A stretch of DNA of 51,993 nt, the filler included, from Bipalium vagum (lineage: Eukaryota): the NCBI GenBank assembly GCA_037834085.1. It is 3 parts of 3 records of this genome, joined end to end, with 100 filler letters (N's around TTAATTAATTAA, not from the genome) between each part and the next. Parts side by side here need not be neighbours in the genome. Positions count along the whole stretch, not along the records: positions 1 to 18,833 come from JBBMKC010017661.1; 2 more parts are not named here. One strand, given 5' to 3'. A program made the position numbers and the translations under genes. A model generated the notes under the pieces. The model saw only the letters and a list, made by a program, of their open reading frames with translations, was not told where the DNA came from and did no database searches. Positions 1-13,599 of the stretch are shown here, in pieces. Positions within the stretch are counted from its first letter, which is position 1; every line of letters starts with the position of its first letter.

Positions 1-639
1 TATATTAATAAAACAAATTTTCCTTTATTAATTCATACTGCAAAAATTAAGTTTCATAAACCGCCATTAATTTCTTTTTAATAAAAATCCTCATTATTTA
101 TTTGTGACCATAATATTACTACACACTCATACGGTCAGAAACTTGATATCATGACAGAGCCTTGGCTGATAAACATTCGGTGCTGATAAATCGAAACGGT
201 CTTTTTTCTTATCGATCAAGCAAGACAATATATTTCTTAAATCGCTGCCAGAAATTTCATGAAATACAGGTGAAGTTTTGCCTAAGTTCTTTAAGCTCCA
301 AATAGCTCATCGGGAGATTATCATCTGTTCGTGCACGCATTTCTTGTTAATAAAACTTTCTGTGACCAAGGTTACATTCAGCAGGACAAATCTCAGTTTT
401 TTGATTTCACAAGTCTGGCGTTTTTTCAAATCGGAATCAATGAACTATTTTGTCCCTAGCAGGAGTGTTTCAAAACCAATGGAAAATACTTTATTTTAAA
501 AATATTTACTTCATGACTAGCGATCATATACGGTACCTGATTAGTGTCTGTTCTTTATTTCTTTCTGTATGTTCAAAGAAATACTCATTACCTTCTGCGT
601 ATTATAAATTTGTTAAGAAATGATCCAAATTGATGTTAA

Positions 640-1390
640 AAAACAACTCAGATTAAAAAAGATGACTGAATACGATTTTCTGATTTTAATTTCTGTAGAA
701 TACCATCGTAAATTATTATCTTAAACAAAGTTTACATCAAGAAAGATATTAATAATAGTTTTGAAGTATCTTGTGAGATATGATTACGGCATTTTGGCGT
801 AAGGAGCCCGTGAGTTATATGCACATTTTCCAAATCCCACAAAAGGTGTGAGGACTACATGTGGGTGCGGGTTATAACAGTTTTTTAAAACACATTCAAG
901 CTAGGAAAGCTGTTACTTAATATTAAAGAAGATATCATAACCAATAAAATAAGTTTGAACAAATTCCAATGCTCTGAAAGCATCTGATTGTAACACTGTC
1001 CAGAAAATTTAAAATCATTCACCCATCGATTATCAACAGAAAAATTCAAATTTGGTTATATAACAACGCCAAAGTTCACGTATCAAAATTAACTCTGCAA
1101 AAATTAAAAATCTTGGATATGTGATTCTTCCCCATCCTACTTACTCATTGGACCTATCTCTTACTTTTTGTTGTTTATTTCTAGCATTGAGTAATTTCCT
1201 ATCAGAAATAATATTCAATAAATGATAGTGTAACAGACGTATCATTGTGTAATTTATAAGTTGCCTTCGCGTTTGGAACAAAGTATTATATGTAATGGAA
1301 ATTTAATTTAATGAATAAATGTCTTGTTAAAATCATTTCATTTTCATTTTCGCTCTTAAAAACGCTAATTAATTTCCGATCAAGATAATT
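640..1390 (+). mobile_element. Degenerate mariner (DD34D) remnant
   Basis: Frameshifted C-terminal motifs NNAKVHVSKLTLQKL..LGYVILPHPTYSLDLS; TIR-like end near 1363-1389. Confidence 0.7.
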
Positions 1391-1942
1391 TTAAAAATCG
1401 ATATTTACAAATAAATTGATTTATCTCTTTAATCTTTTATATAGAACAATGAAAATATTTCCAAAATATTGTCCACCTCCGCTTATCTTAAAATTAATAT
1501 ATTATTTATTTAATTATTAATTATAATTAATATTTAATTAATAAATAACTGATTTTTATATATTTTAATGTAAATTTTAAAAAGTAAAAACAAAAATCAC
1601 AAATAATAAATATAATACATAATACATAAAAACTAATAATGTTTTTTAGCAATATACATATTTCACAAGAGCTGAAGAGAATTGTAGAAATTTTATATAA
1701 GTCTTAAAAAATCTTTGCAATGTTTTCATTATTATTTTTAATGAGAAAGGAGTCTGAAGAATCTAAAAAGATTTCAAAAAATTAACCATAATTATAATTA
1801 TAATTACTGAAATTATGAGAATTGTTAAAAATGTTTCTCAATAATGACACTGCCTAAGGTTTATTTCTCTAAATAGTATATCATTTACGTTTATTATAAA
1901 TTTTTTAAAATAGGTTTTTTTTCCAAAAAGATTGAGACCTTA

Positions 1943-4900
1943 CCAAGATGTATCTGTAATAACTGGATTGACGTGTGTAATCTCTTCAGAATAATCTTTA
2001 AACCAAGAAATCAAACCATACCAGTTCCATACTTTATTCTGCGGGAAAGATAATTAAAATAGAAATGATCACCTACAATTGCCATACAGGCTGTCCAGAA
2101 AGAAGCCTTGGTATTTTGAAATTATGATTAGTTGAATTTTTCTTATTAATAAAAATAAAAAATAAATAATTTTCGAAGAAAATCTGTATTAGTTAAGTAT
2201 TCCTTGGGCAAACGGGACGCAAAATGTTTAAATATTTAATCCCGGTATTAATTTCATCATTTGAAGAAAATGATATTTTGAAGGCCGATCCTAGGATTTA
2301 TACCCCTAAAGACAAACTTATAATATGTAGCATCCAAGTTTAAGAAAACTGTTTACCAGAATGATGACATAAGAGTGAATTAAAACAATAATCTTAATAC
2401 AATTTTAATCGAAAAATGTACTAAATATTTTCTGAAATAATTTACACCCGTATAAAGCCAATGAACAAACAATAATATAGTAAAATTTAAAATTTAAAAC
2501 AGATATCATCAATTTCGGAAGTATCAACCAATCGTGAACATTTTGAAATCGATTGTGAGCATAATGTCAACTTTGAGTGTTTTCTGAATAATCAATCTAT
2601 TTATAGCAACTATAACTTATTGAAGTGATATCCAATATTTATTGAATAGCAGAATCATATGAATGATCGAATATACTTTGACCATGGAGGATTAGGTTTA
2701 ACACAGAAAACGGATGGTATCTCACCCGGACCTGTCGGGAAAATGAAAGTACTATTGATATTAGTTTTCTCTGTATTAGGTTGAATCTGTTTCGAAATTG
2801 TTGACAAAAATGCTACATCTTCCTCTTTTACTTATTAACTTAAAGCCAAATATCTGAGAAATAATTAGCAACAATCGAGCATTGAAAAATGAATATTGTA
2901 ACTTATAGTAATAGATCTACGGTGGCATTAGTTCAAATGAATTTGTTATACCCAGATATATATATTTGGAGACCTTTGGTTTTAATCTAATTAACACAGT
3001 GGATTACGTTTCCTTTTTTGTGAAATCGCAAATTATTTTTTAGGTATTATTTAGTACTTAATTAACGTTTATGGACAGAACTGTACCTAACCCTTTCAAT
3101 CAATTCTATATAGTAATAAATAAGTATTTATTAGTTTTAATTTAAAAACAGATTTCTCAACTTTGTCACTTAAAACCCTTTGACTGTTTATTCTAGCTAA
3201 CGTCGATTTGCAACTAGAAAATTCTGATTTCCTGACAGCCTATTTCTATTGATCTAGTACCCGTTTATTCTCTAGAATCGTAAAATCGAAAAATATTTTT
3301 GTTAGCCTTTTTTCCACTTAATGTTTTCTATTAGTTCGTGACATTTTACCTGCTTAATATATCACTTACCTTGTCTACCACATACCTTTTGAAGTCAACA
3401 AGAGTCACACCATTCAAGCTACTTGGAAATGTGAGTAACGTAAGACAGGTTAAAATCTTTCATCAACCTCCAACTTCAAGAATTCCCCTCAATGTTACAA
3501 AAGTAAGAAAAATGTAAGAAAGAAAAAAAAAGCATCAAGTCATCATTCTCAGTAAAAAAAAGATGTCAAGCTTTTCAATTAAAATTAAAAGCTAATTTAA
3601 ATTGTTTTTTATCACCTCTCAAAATTAAACATCATCATTATCTGGTCTTATATTTGCTTAGAAAAGTGTACGGTACAGGTGTGACTGAGCACTCCAGTTT
3701 AGACAAATACATGTATATCCTAATTGCAATAAAAGCTTACTAATTGCCAAATCACTCTTTTGAAATATGCTGGGTCTCCTGAAATATAGAACATTTGATA
3801 CCTTATTCCAGCAAAACCTATACAACAGAGGGTGAAAATTTGGAATACAGATCACTCTGATTTCAACTCAATATAAATGGAATTGTATCGTAACTTTTAC
3901 CATGAATCACACCCAGAATGGACCATGAAAGCCAGATCCAGTTTTTACCTAATACCATCGAGACTTTTACTGTCCAGATTAATTCTAATGACCGAAATTA
4001 TTTATTATTCCTGTGTAACACCGGACAGGATACATCTTCTTTATTGTAAGTCCAATTGTAACATTTTTGTCAATATTTCTCTTCGTCCTGGTATAATAAA
4101 CAATAATTGAAGTGAACTACATCACCTAAGATTTTTTAATTTTAATTTAAAATATTATTATTATTATTAAGAAAAATAATCACTCTCCATTTACCATTTT
4201 ATGACATATTTTATAACTCTTTATGAGTGGTAAGTCGCCTGTTTTATTATTCTTCATTCAGCGATAGAGATTTCAATAATGTGGTCTAATGGGTTTCAGG
4301 GTTAATCAATTCCCAATTAAAACAAATATTTATTTATTCTTTTGTCCTTAGAACTTGTCATCAATTTATTTCTTGTTTAATATTGACCTCCATCTCATGT
4401 AGACCAACATGGAGATGTTCCGTTGACTTTTTGTTTATTCTTCGCTGACCATTGAACCAGGTTATTTTAATAAATGTAAAATTTGTCCTGAATTTTTTCA
4501 AATTCGATTTTTGTTATAAAAATAAAATTGAGTTTTATTTCTCTAAAACCGATCCAAGTTTGAGAACGGTTTTTTATATTGTATCACATTTCATAATATT
4601 ATAAGTATCCTTTACGAAGAATTTCATATGAGTTGGTAAGAGGACTTAAAAAATTGGAAAATATCTTAAGTTTCTCTAATTTTAGAATAATTAAATAATT
4701 CCTTTTAAAAATTATATTTTTCAAAAAAATTCTATTTAAATTTTATTGTATTATTTAAATATTTTTTACTACAATATAATACACAAGAACTTTTGATTTG
4801 GCAAGAAAGTATTTGTTGATTTTAAAGACATTTAGCTTCAATTTAACTGTATTTTAAATAAAATAATCATTGTTTAAATAATATATTAAAAGATGATCGA

Positions 4901-7900
4901 TAATTCAGATTTCAAACAGTAAGCTAACTTCATAGCTTACTTTATTTTGCTTATTACTTGTCAGCTTTATCATGGAAGACGGGAACATGTATTTGAGACT
5001 TTATTTTTCTATTATGGGAAAGGAAAAAATTCATCACAAGCTTGCAAAGAACACAATTATCTGAATTTATTTGAAAATTAGTTAGATGTTCAATAGTTAT
5101 CAATGAAGACAAACTCAAAGACTTAATCAATCAGGATGGTCACAAAACAGCACTTGATTTTGAAATATTTATTACAAATTACAAATAAGAACACAGTGGT
5201 TATTGATAGATATAATTAACTCAATAAATCCGCCTTTTGCATTAATAACCGTCTCGAGACGACTTTTGAAGCGAGAACATTCATGTTTGACGACCACCGG
5301 AGACAAATCTTGAAATACCTGACAGATTCTTGATCCCAGTTCGATTTTATTGGCACAGGTAGTTTTATTTGTTAACCTTTCAACTGCGCCCCATACATAA
5401 TTGTCGAGAGGATTGCAATCTGGGGAGTTAGAAGGCCACATTGCAGGAGTAAAATTGTCAAAAAAGTTATCTGTCATCCACTTCTGAGTTTTCCTAGCAG
5501 TATGAGCTGGTGCAGAATCTTGCTGGAACACGTATGGTCTTCCTGCACTTACTTCTTCAATCCACGGCTTAACAACAGTAGTCAGAACATCTTGATAAAC
5601 TTTCTGGTTCACTTTGAGGCCTTCCGTACAGAAGTATGGTGGCATAACATGCCCTCACTGCTCACAACACCTAATACCATTATGTGAGCCGGAAACTTTG
5701 TTTTCATTACTATGGAAACATCTTTGGGACTTAAAGCCCACCATCTGTTGTTCTGTTTATTATGTGCCTGATCTTGACAGACGTTTTTCTCATCAGAAAA
5801 AAATTATAACAACTTTTGCTCTTGAGGATGCTTGAGTTTACCTAAAAGTTTCTTGCTTTTTACGACACGTTTTTCTTTTGTATTTTCAGTAAGCAGTTGG
5901 CCAATTCGGAGATCCTCATTCAAGCATTTTCTCACAGTGCTATAAGACTGGCCCAGTTGTCGAGAAATCTGATGGATGAAATGGAAGGATCATTCTCAAC
6001 GAGTTTCTGTATATCTTTAATAAAATTGACACTCCTAACTCTCTGTTTAGATCGATCTTGTATTTTCGTGAAAAGCCAGAGCTTCTATAGCATCATTTGA
6101 ATCTATTAGATGTTTCCTATATCGCTAGATAGTCATCAAAGGAAACTTTACCATTTTCACCATTTCTGTGTTCGTTATCCCGGCGCATAAGGAGTAAACT
6201 ATGACCTTCTTTCTCCACTCCTCAGGCCATTCATAGTTGTTCAACCGATTTGAATTTGACTTTTTAAAATCTTAATGTTTACTGTATATATTAAATAAAT
6301 AATATATATCAATAAAATATCAATATCACCCTGTATATGGGCTATTTGTGGGTTCCTTACCAATTTTAAGAAATTCAGCTTAGGTAAAGCTATGTAATAA
6401 TTCCGTTTTATAAACAAATAATAACGAGCAATGAAAAATGAATTTGTTACAATTGTGTTCATCAAAACAATATCATGGTATAAGTTAGAGGAAGATTGCA
6501 GACGTCGTTAAATGCTAATAATCATCAAAAGAAAAGTATTTTACGTGTTTGGTGAGATTATCAATAAATTATATACTTCGAAATTTTATCAGTCAGGAAA
6601 GGGATTAACTTTATTATTTTTATTTATTATTTATTATTTTTAACCTTTATTAGTCCTAAAAATTAGAAATCGATTTCCTATCGGATTGTGAATTAATTCA
6701 GATAATGAAGGAATTTAAAATATATATAATCACTATATTTATAATGAATTCCTGTTACTTTCTCTTTTTTTTCCATGGGTTGAAACATCAACATCATTCA
6801 TTGAATTGGCTTCTCCACTAAGAACTTTCAATTTCAGATTAAATCTATAGAGCAATCCTTTCCTGAATTGCAGGTTATCAACATTTAGTTTTTGTCCAAA
6901 TAACTTTTTTTTGTAATAATAATTTCATCAGTCATGTATCGCATCCATTCGAGATATTTATTCGATCAATGAATTGTCAGGCAGAGAATGAATTTTCGAA
7001 GTTTGTTTGGAGTAAGCATTTGACGTTTCACAATTTTTTCATTTCTCTTTATTTTTCAAAATTTCTGGTAACGCAGAAATTTCTAGATAATTCTTTTCTA
7101 ATAATTTGAAACAATTCACTCAGCGACATTTTCATTGACTCCTTTATTGCACAAATTTTTGCCTTTTGATGAATTTTAATATCTGTTCTTTGACAAAATT
7201 AAACATAAAAATCCAAATAAAATTCCCAAAATAGACAAAAAGTAAAGGCATTCATTTTTATCATGACAATCCAAAACTACAAACTACTTTGGGCACTCTA
7301 CAATATTTATTGGACCTGGGTTAGGAAGTATTGCTACATCCACAATATAGCTCAGATCTGGTTCCTTCCGATTACCATTTATTTTACTCTATGCCATAAG
7401 GTCTATGCAAAACTCCTTTAATGGTAAAACTTTTAGTATTGATGATGACATCAAACCTCTTGTAGGTTTTTACAAAAGAATTTTTATGGTTGCTGAAGAT
7501 GGCACGAAGTCCTTGATATCAATGGAAAATTCATAATTAAATAAAAGTATTAAATATTAATAAACTGCTTTAAAATTACTTAATCTCATGATCTTTTCTG
7601 GAAATAACAAATACTTTTCATCATATTTAACCTTCATTTCAACTTTAATATTGATTATTCCACATAAATTATTATAACAAAGCCAGGAATATTATAACCT
7701 TCATTGTTCTTAGCATCAGCCATGACAGCTTTATTAATTTAATATCTTAATAACTCAAATTCAACAACCGCGTGATGGTACCAGTATTAATATCAATACT
7801 GACCAAATAGACCATTAAAATATGGCCATGAACTCTTCATACAATACATCATGAGTGAATTATATATGGGTGAATGCTGATAAATTACATCATACATTAC

Positions 7901-9843
7901 AATGAGAATTTTAAGAGTGAAATAGATTAAAGAGAACAATAGCAATACCAGTAACTGTAATGACACAAATAATTATTATTAATTAATAAATGATGATCAT
8001 ATCGTTGTTTTAATTAAGTAATAATGACAATATTATCATGTTTTCTTATTATTATTATATATAATCAGACCACGGGATTTTGAAATTAAAAATCATAATT
8101 ATATTTAACACAGTGTGCTTTATTAATATTATGATATTTAAAAAAGTACAATTTTTAATTTTAATAATGTAAATTTTTAAAAATAAATAATTCCCGTGTT
8201 CGACTAAGTTTGTTTGAGTATTCAGATTTTTGATGTTACGGAATAAATTATTAAAAATACTTAGACTTGTGGAATATAAACAGATAAACATAGATAATAA
8301 TAATAATATTATTATTAATAATTATTATTATTTTCATTGGTAGTATTAGTGATATTTTATTATTATCATACTAAAGAAGATTCTCAGAAAACGTAAAATA
8401 CACTAAGAAACGAAATCTCCTCATCATTGTAATTTGATATTTGCCTTATTTGATGAGGATCAGACAAGAAATAATGGGATTTAATTTAAAATTTTAATTG
8501 TCGTACTTAAACTCATCACTGAGGGACTTATTTAATAAGCTAAAAATATTTTAAAAATATATAAAAATTTTCATTAAAGTTATCAAAATAAAAACTTTCA
8601 AGAGATAACCATATATTTTTGTTATAAATTATTATCGGTAATGATAACAAATACATTTATAATGTTTATTGGTTATTTTATTATAACGCTTTTGGAAATT
8701 TAGACTAAGACCCTCGAGCTTCACACAGATCTTGTCGACATCAGTACTGAAAAACCAAAGCCTCCATTATCTGATCACTTCATTGGAATTTTCAAATGTT
8801 GATGAATTTAATTTTAATTTACAACGATTTATTTAATGTAACACATTCGGCCACATCGTAATTAATTGTTCATCCGTTTTGATTAGCCTCTGATATTTCT
8901 TCCCCTTTGAATATGAAATATTCTGCTTTCGATTTTGTTTTCTGTTCTTTCTTCCAACATTGGTCAACATCGGGCATTTTGAATGTTTGATTCCATGGGA
9001 AAACCATTATTTTTGTAAAATTACCTAAATAGCTGTCTTAAACAATCAAAATAAATATTACGACTGTGCGTGTGTATTGAATTTTTGGTCGTTTGTGTCA
9101 ACACGCATACAAATCATTTTTCATGACCTTGCATAAAAGTGATTAATAAAATTATCAATTAGTGACTTTTATTCATATTTGGGGACCCCTTGATCGAACT
9201 CAGAAACGGAATAGAGAATTTTAATACTTTCAGCCAATTTGATTTTTATTTATTTATTTTTATTTTTATAAATTTAGTCTTACTTTGGGTTTCTTATCTT
9301 CCGTGAGTTTTTCTCTGGAGAAGCTTCTAAGAAAACTCCTCACTGATATGTGATCTTCGTCGGTCGATTTCGGATAAATAACTTGAGATCTTGAAACGAG
9401 CGGCCGTATCTTATGACCAACGTCCACGGAAGGCTGACAACCTTCAATGTTGGAACACGTTTCTTCTGAAATCATTAAATCAAAGAATCGGTTTCATGAT
9501 TACACATTGTTGTTTTAGAGTTGTTTTTTAATTTGTTTAAAATGATGAAAAATTTCTCTGAAAATCGTTGGGCCTTCTTTGCAAATATTCTCGAAAAACT
9601 CTCCTTTGATTGCATCAATATTTCCAAAATTGAAATTAAATTAGAGATTAAATTGGTTTATTGCGGTTTTCTTGAACATTAACAGGGCCTCGGAAATTAA
9701 ATTTCGTTTTTTCATTAAAATATTATTTTTCTTTCATCAGGAATACTTTAGTTCTCAGGAAAAGAATTAATCAATATTTAAAATAAATTAACTCTTGGAA
9801 TACTAATATCCGAATAAATAAGTTTTGTTAAAAGTATATTAAT

Positions 9844-9881
<38 letters not shown>

Positions 9882-11227
9882 CAAAAATAGTTAATTATAA
9901 ATAAAATATTTTTCATGACTTTATAATTTTTTTTTAATATTAAAATACCAAATATTACAAATTTTCATTAATAAAATTTTATTATGTACCTCTAGTTCCA
10001 TGGAAAAGATGACATGTGAAATATAAGGCATCCCGTAAAATTCAACGAATATTTAAAAATTCAAAATACAATCCTTTGGATTCAGTGCAGATTTTAAAAT
10101 GGTTAAAAAGTATTTCAAACCAATGATGGTATCCCTCTTTACATGATTTTAAAAGCCTCGACTGAACCAACATTCAAAAGACTGGTGACGAGGCTTGGTT
10201 TTATGAGTATTATATAGTCACAAGTCAACAGCCTAGAAAAGTGTCGATCAAAGATCAAGTTTATGTTACCGGTTTTTCTTCGATTGCTGTTGTGGTGCAC
10301 TCGGTATTCCTTCCTAATGAACAAACAGTAAATAAGGAATAATATTTAGGCATTGTGAGAAGTTTGCGAAAGAATATCTGACCAAACGAAAATTTACGGG
10401 AAAAAATTATTGAATGTTACGTCATGATAAATCATTATCGTATAGCGATAATTGGGCCATGGTTTTTAGCCCAAACTCAACGAACGTCATTGAAAAATAC
10501 ACAATATGTATCTGATATGATGTCGTGCAAATTTTCCCTTTTCCCGAGACAAATAATATTACTCGAAGCAAGATGATTTAAGTCAATGTAGGCATTAAAA
10601 GACAAATTGCATTTCATGAAGACCATACCTCAATCAGCCTACGAAAATATATGAAAGATTCACTAAGGCACTGGCATAGTTCTATTGCATTAAGTGGTGC
10701 TTATTTTGAAGATGTAAAAATAAATTTTGATGAATAATGTTTTTTGTGTTTTATGAAAGATCCCCGGGTACATTTTATATGAAATGTATGTATCAGAAAA
10801 CCTTGGTTAAGGTTTTCCAGATTCCTACGGCGACTTGTTGTCGAAGAAGACTGACTTCAAATTTCATTTGGGCCCTTTGAGGACGTATCGTCAAAGGTCA
10901 TTAATCATTTAAAGAAAATTATTTCTGACTTTGTCTCTTGAAATCTACACGATTGGTTAGTAGTTATAATTCTTCCAATGAACTTTGATCTGAATCAATA
11001 ATTCGTTTCATATATGAAGACAACTGGCCATGATAAATTCTTTTTGATCATCCGTCAAAGAATGACTCTCCTAACGTGATAGATTTACTATTTCCCAAAT
11101 TCCAAGATGGATTATCTTTGTTGCAAAAATAATTTTATTTTTCTGACCTTCAACGTATGTCATCTTTATTTTGAACATCGATTAACATTATCTTTTTGTT
11201 TTGACCGCGACCTTCAAAAATGATGAT
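1943..11227 (-). CDS. Large multi-exon gene, putative Ig-superfamily/FN3 cell-surface protein, with about 50 in-frame TAA/TAG/TGA codons (both ends incomplete)
   Basis: Eleven consecutive AG/GT-bounded exons chain in phase: 11227-10802 (1>1), 10136-9990 (1>1), 9753-9284 (1>0), 9024-8596 (0>0), 8539-8372 (0>0), 7954-7632 (0>2), 4675-4550 (2>2), 4487-4195 (2>1), 4125-3901 (1>1), 3817-3616 (1>2), 3487-3370 (2>0). Less certain exons lie near 3271-3178, 2990-2490 and 2070-1943. Ig-like motifs: LYFTCHLFHGTRELKYS[W][W]KK and HYKCICYHYR[Q][Q]FITKIYGYLLK. FN3-like motifs: SILKLK[W]RET[Q]DIFQFFKSSYQLI[W] and KNWIWLSWSILGVIHGFAGIRYQMFY. ORF 9266-9475 is part of one exon. Domain calls are by eye. Confidence 0.65.
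2087..2340 (-). mobile_element. Tc1/mariner-superfamily 3' fragment with terminal repeat
   Basis: TA-CAGGCTGTCC terminus at 2085-2096; a degenerate transposase C-terminal tail lies on the minus strand. Confidence 0.45.
4795..7630 (+). mobile_element. Degenerate mariner (DD34D) split by nested insertions
   Basis: N-terminus MEDGNMYLR..GKNSSQACK near 4972; LWVPY..IITSNEK and VW*DY at about 6345-6560; HDNPK..LG*EVLLHPQYSSDLVPSDYHLF at about 7262-7385. Shared AAGTATTTGTT TIR cores at about 4807 and 7606. Confidence 0.8.
5165..6333 (-). mobile_element. maT (DD37D, Bmmar1-like) transposon, frameshifted, nested in mariner
   Basis: ORF 5172-5645 contains FQQDSAPAH...WPSNSPDCNPLD with 37 residues between the catalytic Ds; TA-CAGGGTG terminus at 6335-6327. 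Confidence 0.9.
9845..9881. repeat. (TAA)n microsatellite
   Basis: About 12 perfect TAA units. Confidence 0.95.
10140..10790 (+). mobile_element. Degenerate mariner (DD34D), 5'-truncated, filling an intron
   Basis: TGDEAWFYEY, SKIKFML and TVNKE*YL motifs, plus a RHWHSSIALSGAYFE-type C-terminus. Confidence 0.75.
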
Positions 11228-12369
11228 CTAAAATTGTTAATGATGATAACCGAATTGTACACACACATAATTAGAATGGTCATTAAAAGACAACACCATC
11301 ATTGACTCATATGTAACATTACACACCCTTCGATTGAGAATTTCCAGATAAAAGTATTTTATAGATTTTTAATTATTCATTTAAGTAGTCTTTCGACTTC
11401 CTGGAGAAAAAGTAAAAAAAAATTTTAAGGGAATAATTGACAGAATTTCGATTTTTCATTTTTTTCAAAACTCCTAAGTATTTACAGATGATTAATTTAG
11501 AGAATTTTGTAGAAAAATAATTTAACATTCAAAATGATTTACAAAATATAAATATTTTAGTTAAATTAAAAACAGTGATTATGATGATTAAAAATCATTA
11601 ATACAAACTCATTATTTTTATTATTAATTTTTAATACTTTCACTATTAATATTTTTCAAATGAAAATGTTACCATTCGAAAAGAAATTAGACATTTTATG
11701 TTGAAATTTGATAAATAATTAATGTATTTAAAATACATATTTTTTTTAAGTTTTAATATTATAGAAAAGATTTAAATTAATTTATTTTATTTTTTTTGAG
11801 TGGCTCTTATTTAAATCCTAAAATGGAAATTATATTTCACTAGATAAAACAAAATATTAATTAAAAATCAAATTATTTTTCATATAATTTATAATTAATT
11901 GCTTTCCTGTTACACTAAAAGGTAAATCTATAATTATAGTTTAAAATAAAAAAAAACCTTTTCCCGTGTAAAAATAAAATATCAATCGATTTTTATTTTA
12001 CTATTAACAAAAAACCAGTAAAAAATTATTTCTCAAATTTGATACTACACTTTTTTGTTTAAATTATCTTTTTTCCCAATTTGGCAAGATGCATTTTCTG
12101 AAAAGAAGAAATAGAATACCATGCAATATCATTGGACAAAAATAATAAAAAGATGTCCTATTAATCTGGGCAAATAAAAAAGATAAAGTATTTCAATGAA
12201 AGTCACACCAATATTTTTCACTTTTCAATAATGGAGCTCGTCTATTTTATTAAAAATTGTTTTTGTTGAAATTATTCATCATATTTAAACAATTTATTTC
12301 AATAATTTTAAGTTTTTTTTAAAAAATTTTTAATTGCTTAATACACACACCATATACAAAATGGCAATA

Positions 12370-13200
12370 AATAATATTATAACTTTTTTAATATTAAAAA
12401 AAATAATAATAACAATTATAAAAATAATAATAATAAATAATTAGTATTACTAATATTAAAAAAAATTAATAATAATAAGTATAATAAATAATAATAATAA
12501 TAATAATAATCATAATTATAATAATAAAATTATACAAAATATAAAATGGTGTGGTCCCCATGTTAGTTACTGCCATGTTATCGACAGTTTCAGAATTCAA
12601 AAACTCAAGATTTTGTAACATTCTTATTTGAAGTAATTAATTGTATAGTTTTAATAAGTGTCCTCTTTTTATCCTTTATTTAACCAATTAATTATTTAAA
12701 ACTTTTATTAAAATTAATTAAATTATTTAATTTTTCAAAAACGATTTAATTTTATTAAAATTATTAAAAAACTTATTTTACATAAGGGTTAAATTTTAAT
12801 ATATTACTTTAAAAATTATTTTAAAAATCTTTATGATTTATTATTTAATTAAAGTATTAATTAAAATTTAATCCTTACAATTATAATTTTTTAATATTAA
12901 AAAATAATAATAATCCTAATAATAATAATAATTATTATTATTATAAAAAAATAACAATATTAAAAAAAACAAAAAATAATTAGTATTACTAATATTAAAA
13001 AATAATAATTATTATTATTATCATAATAATAAATAATAATAATAATAAAATTATAAATAAAATAACAATATAAAAAAATAATGATAATAATATTAATAAA
13101 TAATAATATTATTAAAAAATAATATAATGATAATAATATTATTATTATTATTAATAATACAAAAAAAATAATAATATATTATTATTATTATTCTAAATTT
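12370..13200. repeat. AT-rich low-complexity (TAA/TTA) tract
   Basis: Almost pure A/T with degenerate TAA runs. Confidence 0.85.
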
Positions 13201-13599
13201 AGTACAATTTTACATAAAATAGGGAAACAACATTAAAAATTTATGGTCAGTGCTTGGAGATCTATAGGAAAAGATAAATCATGTCAAATACTGAGAGAAA
13301 GATTCTAAATAAAAAGTTCTAAAATTTGCAGATCCTCCACTGCCATAAAACGACTTTTATTAATGATAATTAAATTTCATGTCATAAAAAAAGACGGAAT
13401 GAAATTTTCGTCGACATTTTCCAATTAAAATTTTCGAAAATAATTTAATTCATTTATATGTTTATTAAGAGTCTTAAACATTAAGAAATACTACAATCAT
13501 TATTTATCGTGAGTTCAGTAGGACCAATAAAACAATCTTCTCAAATCGAAAGTTCGTTTTATTTTAGACAATTTAAAATTATTTGTAGAAAGAACAAAA

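Noticed and set aside
3658-3855. 65-aa ORF from the track as the coding frame (and an alternative Caspr-like GSGFHGPFW reading upstream)
   Set aside because: A different frame links both flanking exons in phase and gives an FN3-like motif; the alternative is not excluded but is less parsimonious.
6500-7330. TGA/TAG at Trp positions in transposase remnants as evidence for recoding
   Set aside because: These copies are frameshifted, and TGG>TGA/TAG transitions are ordinary decay (TAG also replaces Trp here); uninformative.
3370-11227. Explaining the in-frame stops by many 19-26 nt micro-introns under the standard code
   Set aside because: Works for a few stops, but most lack a suitably placed GT...AG pair.
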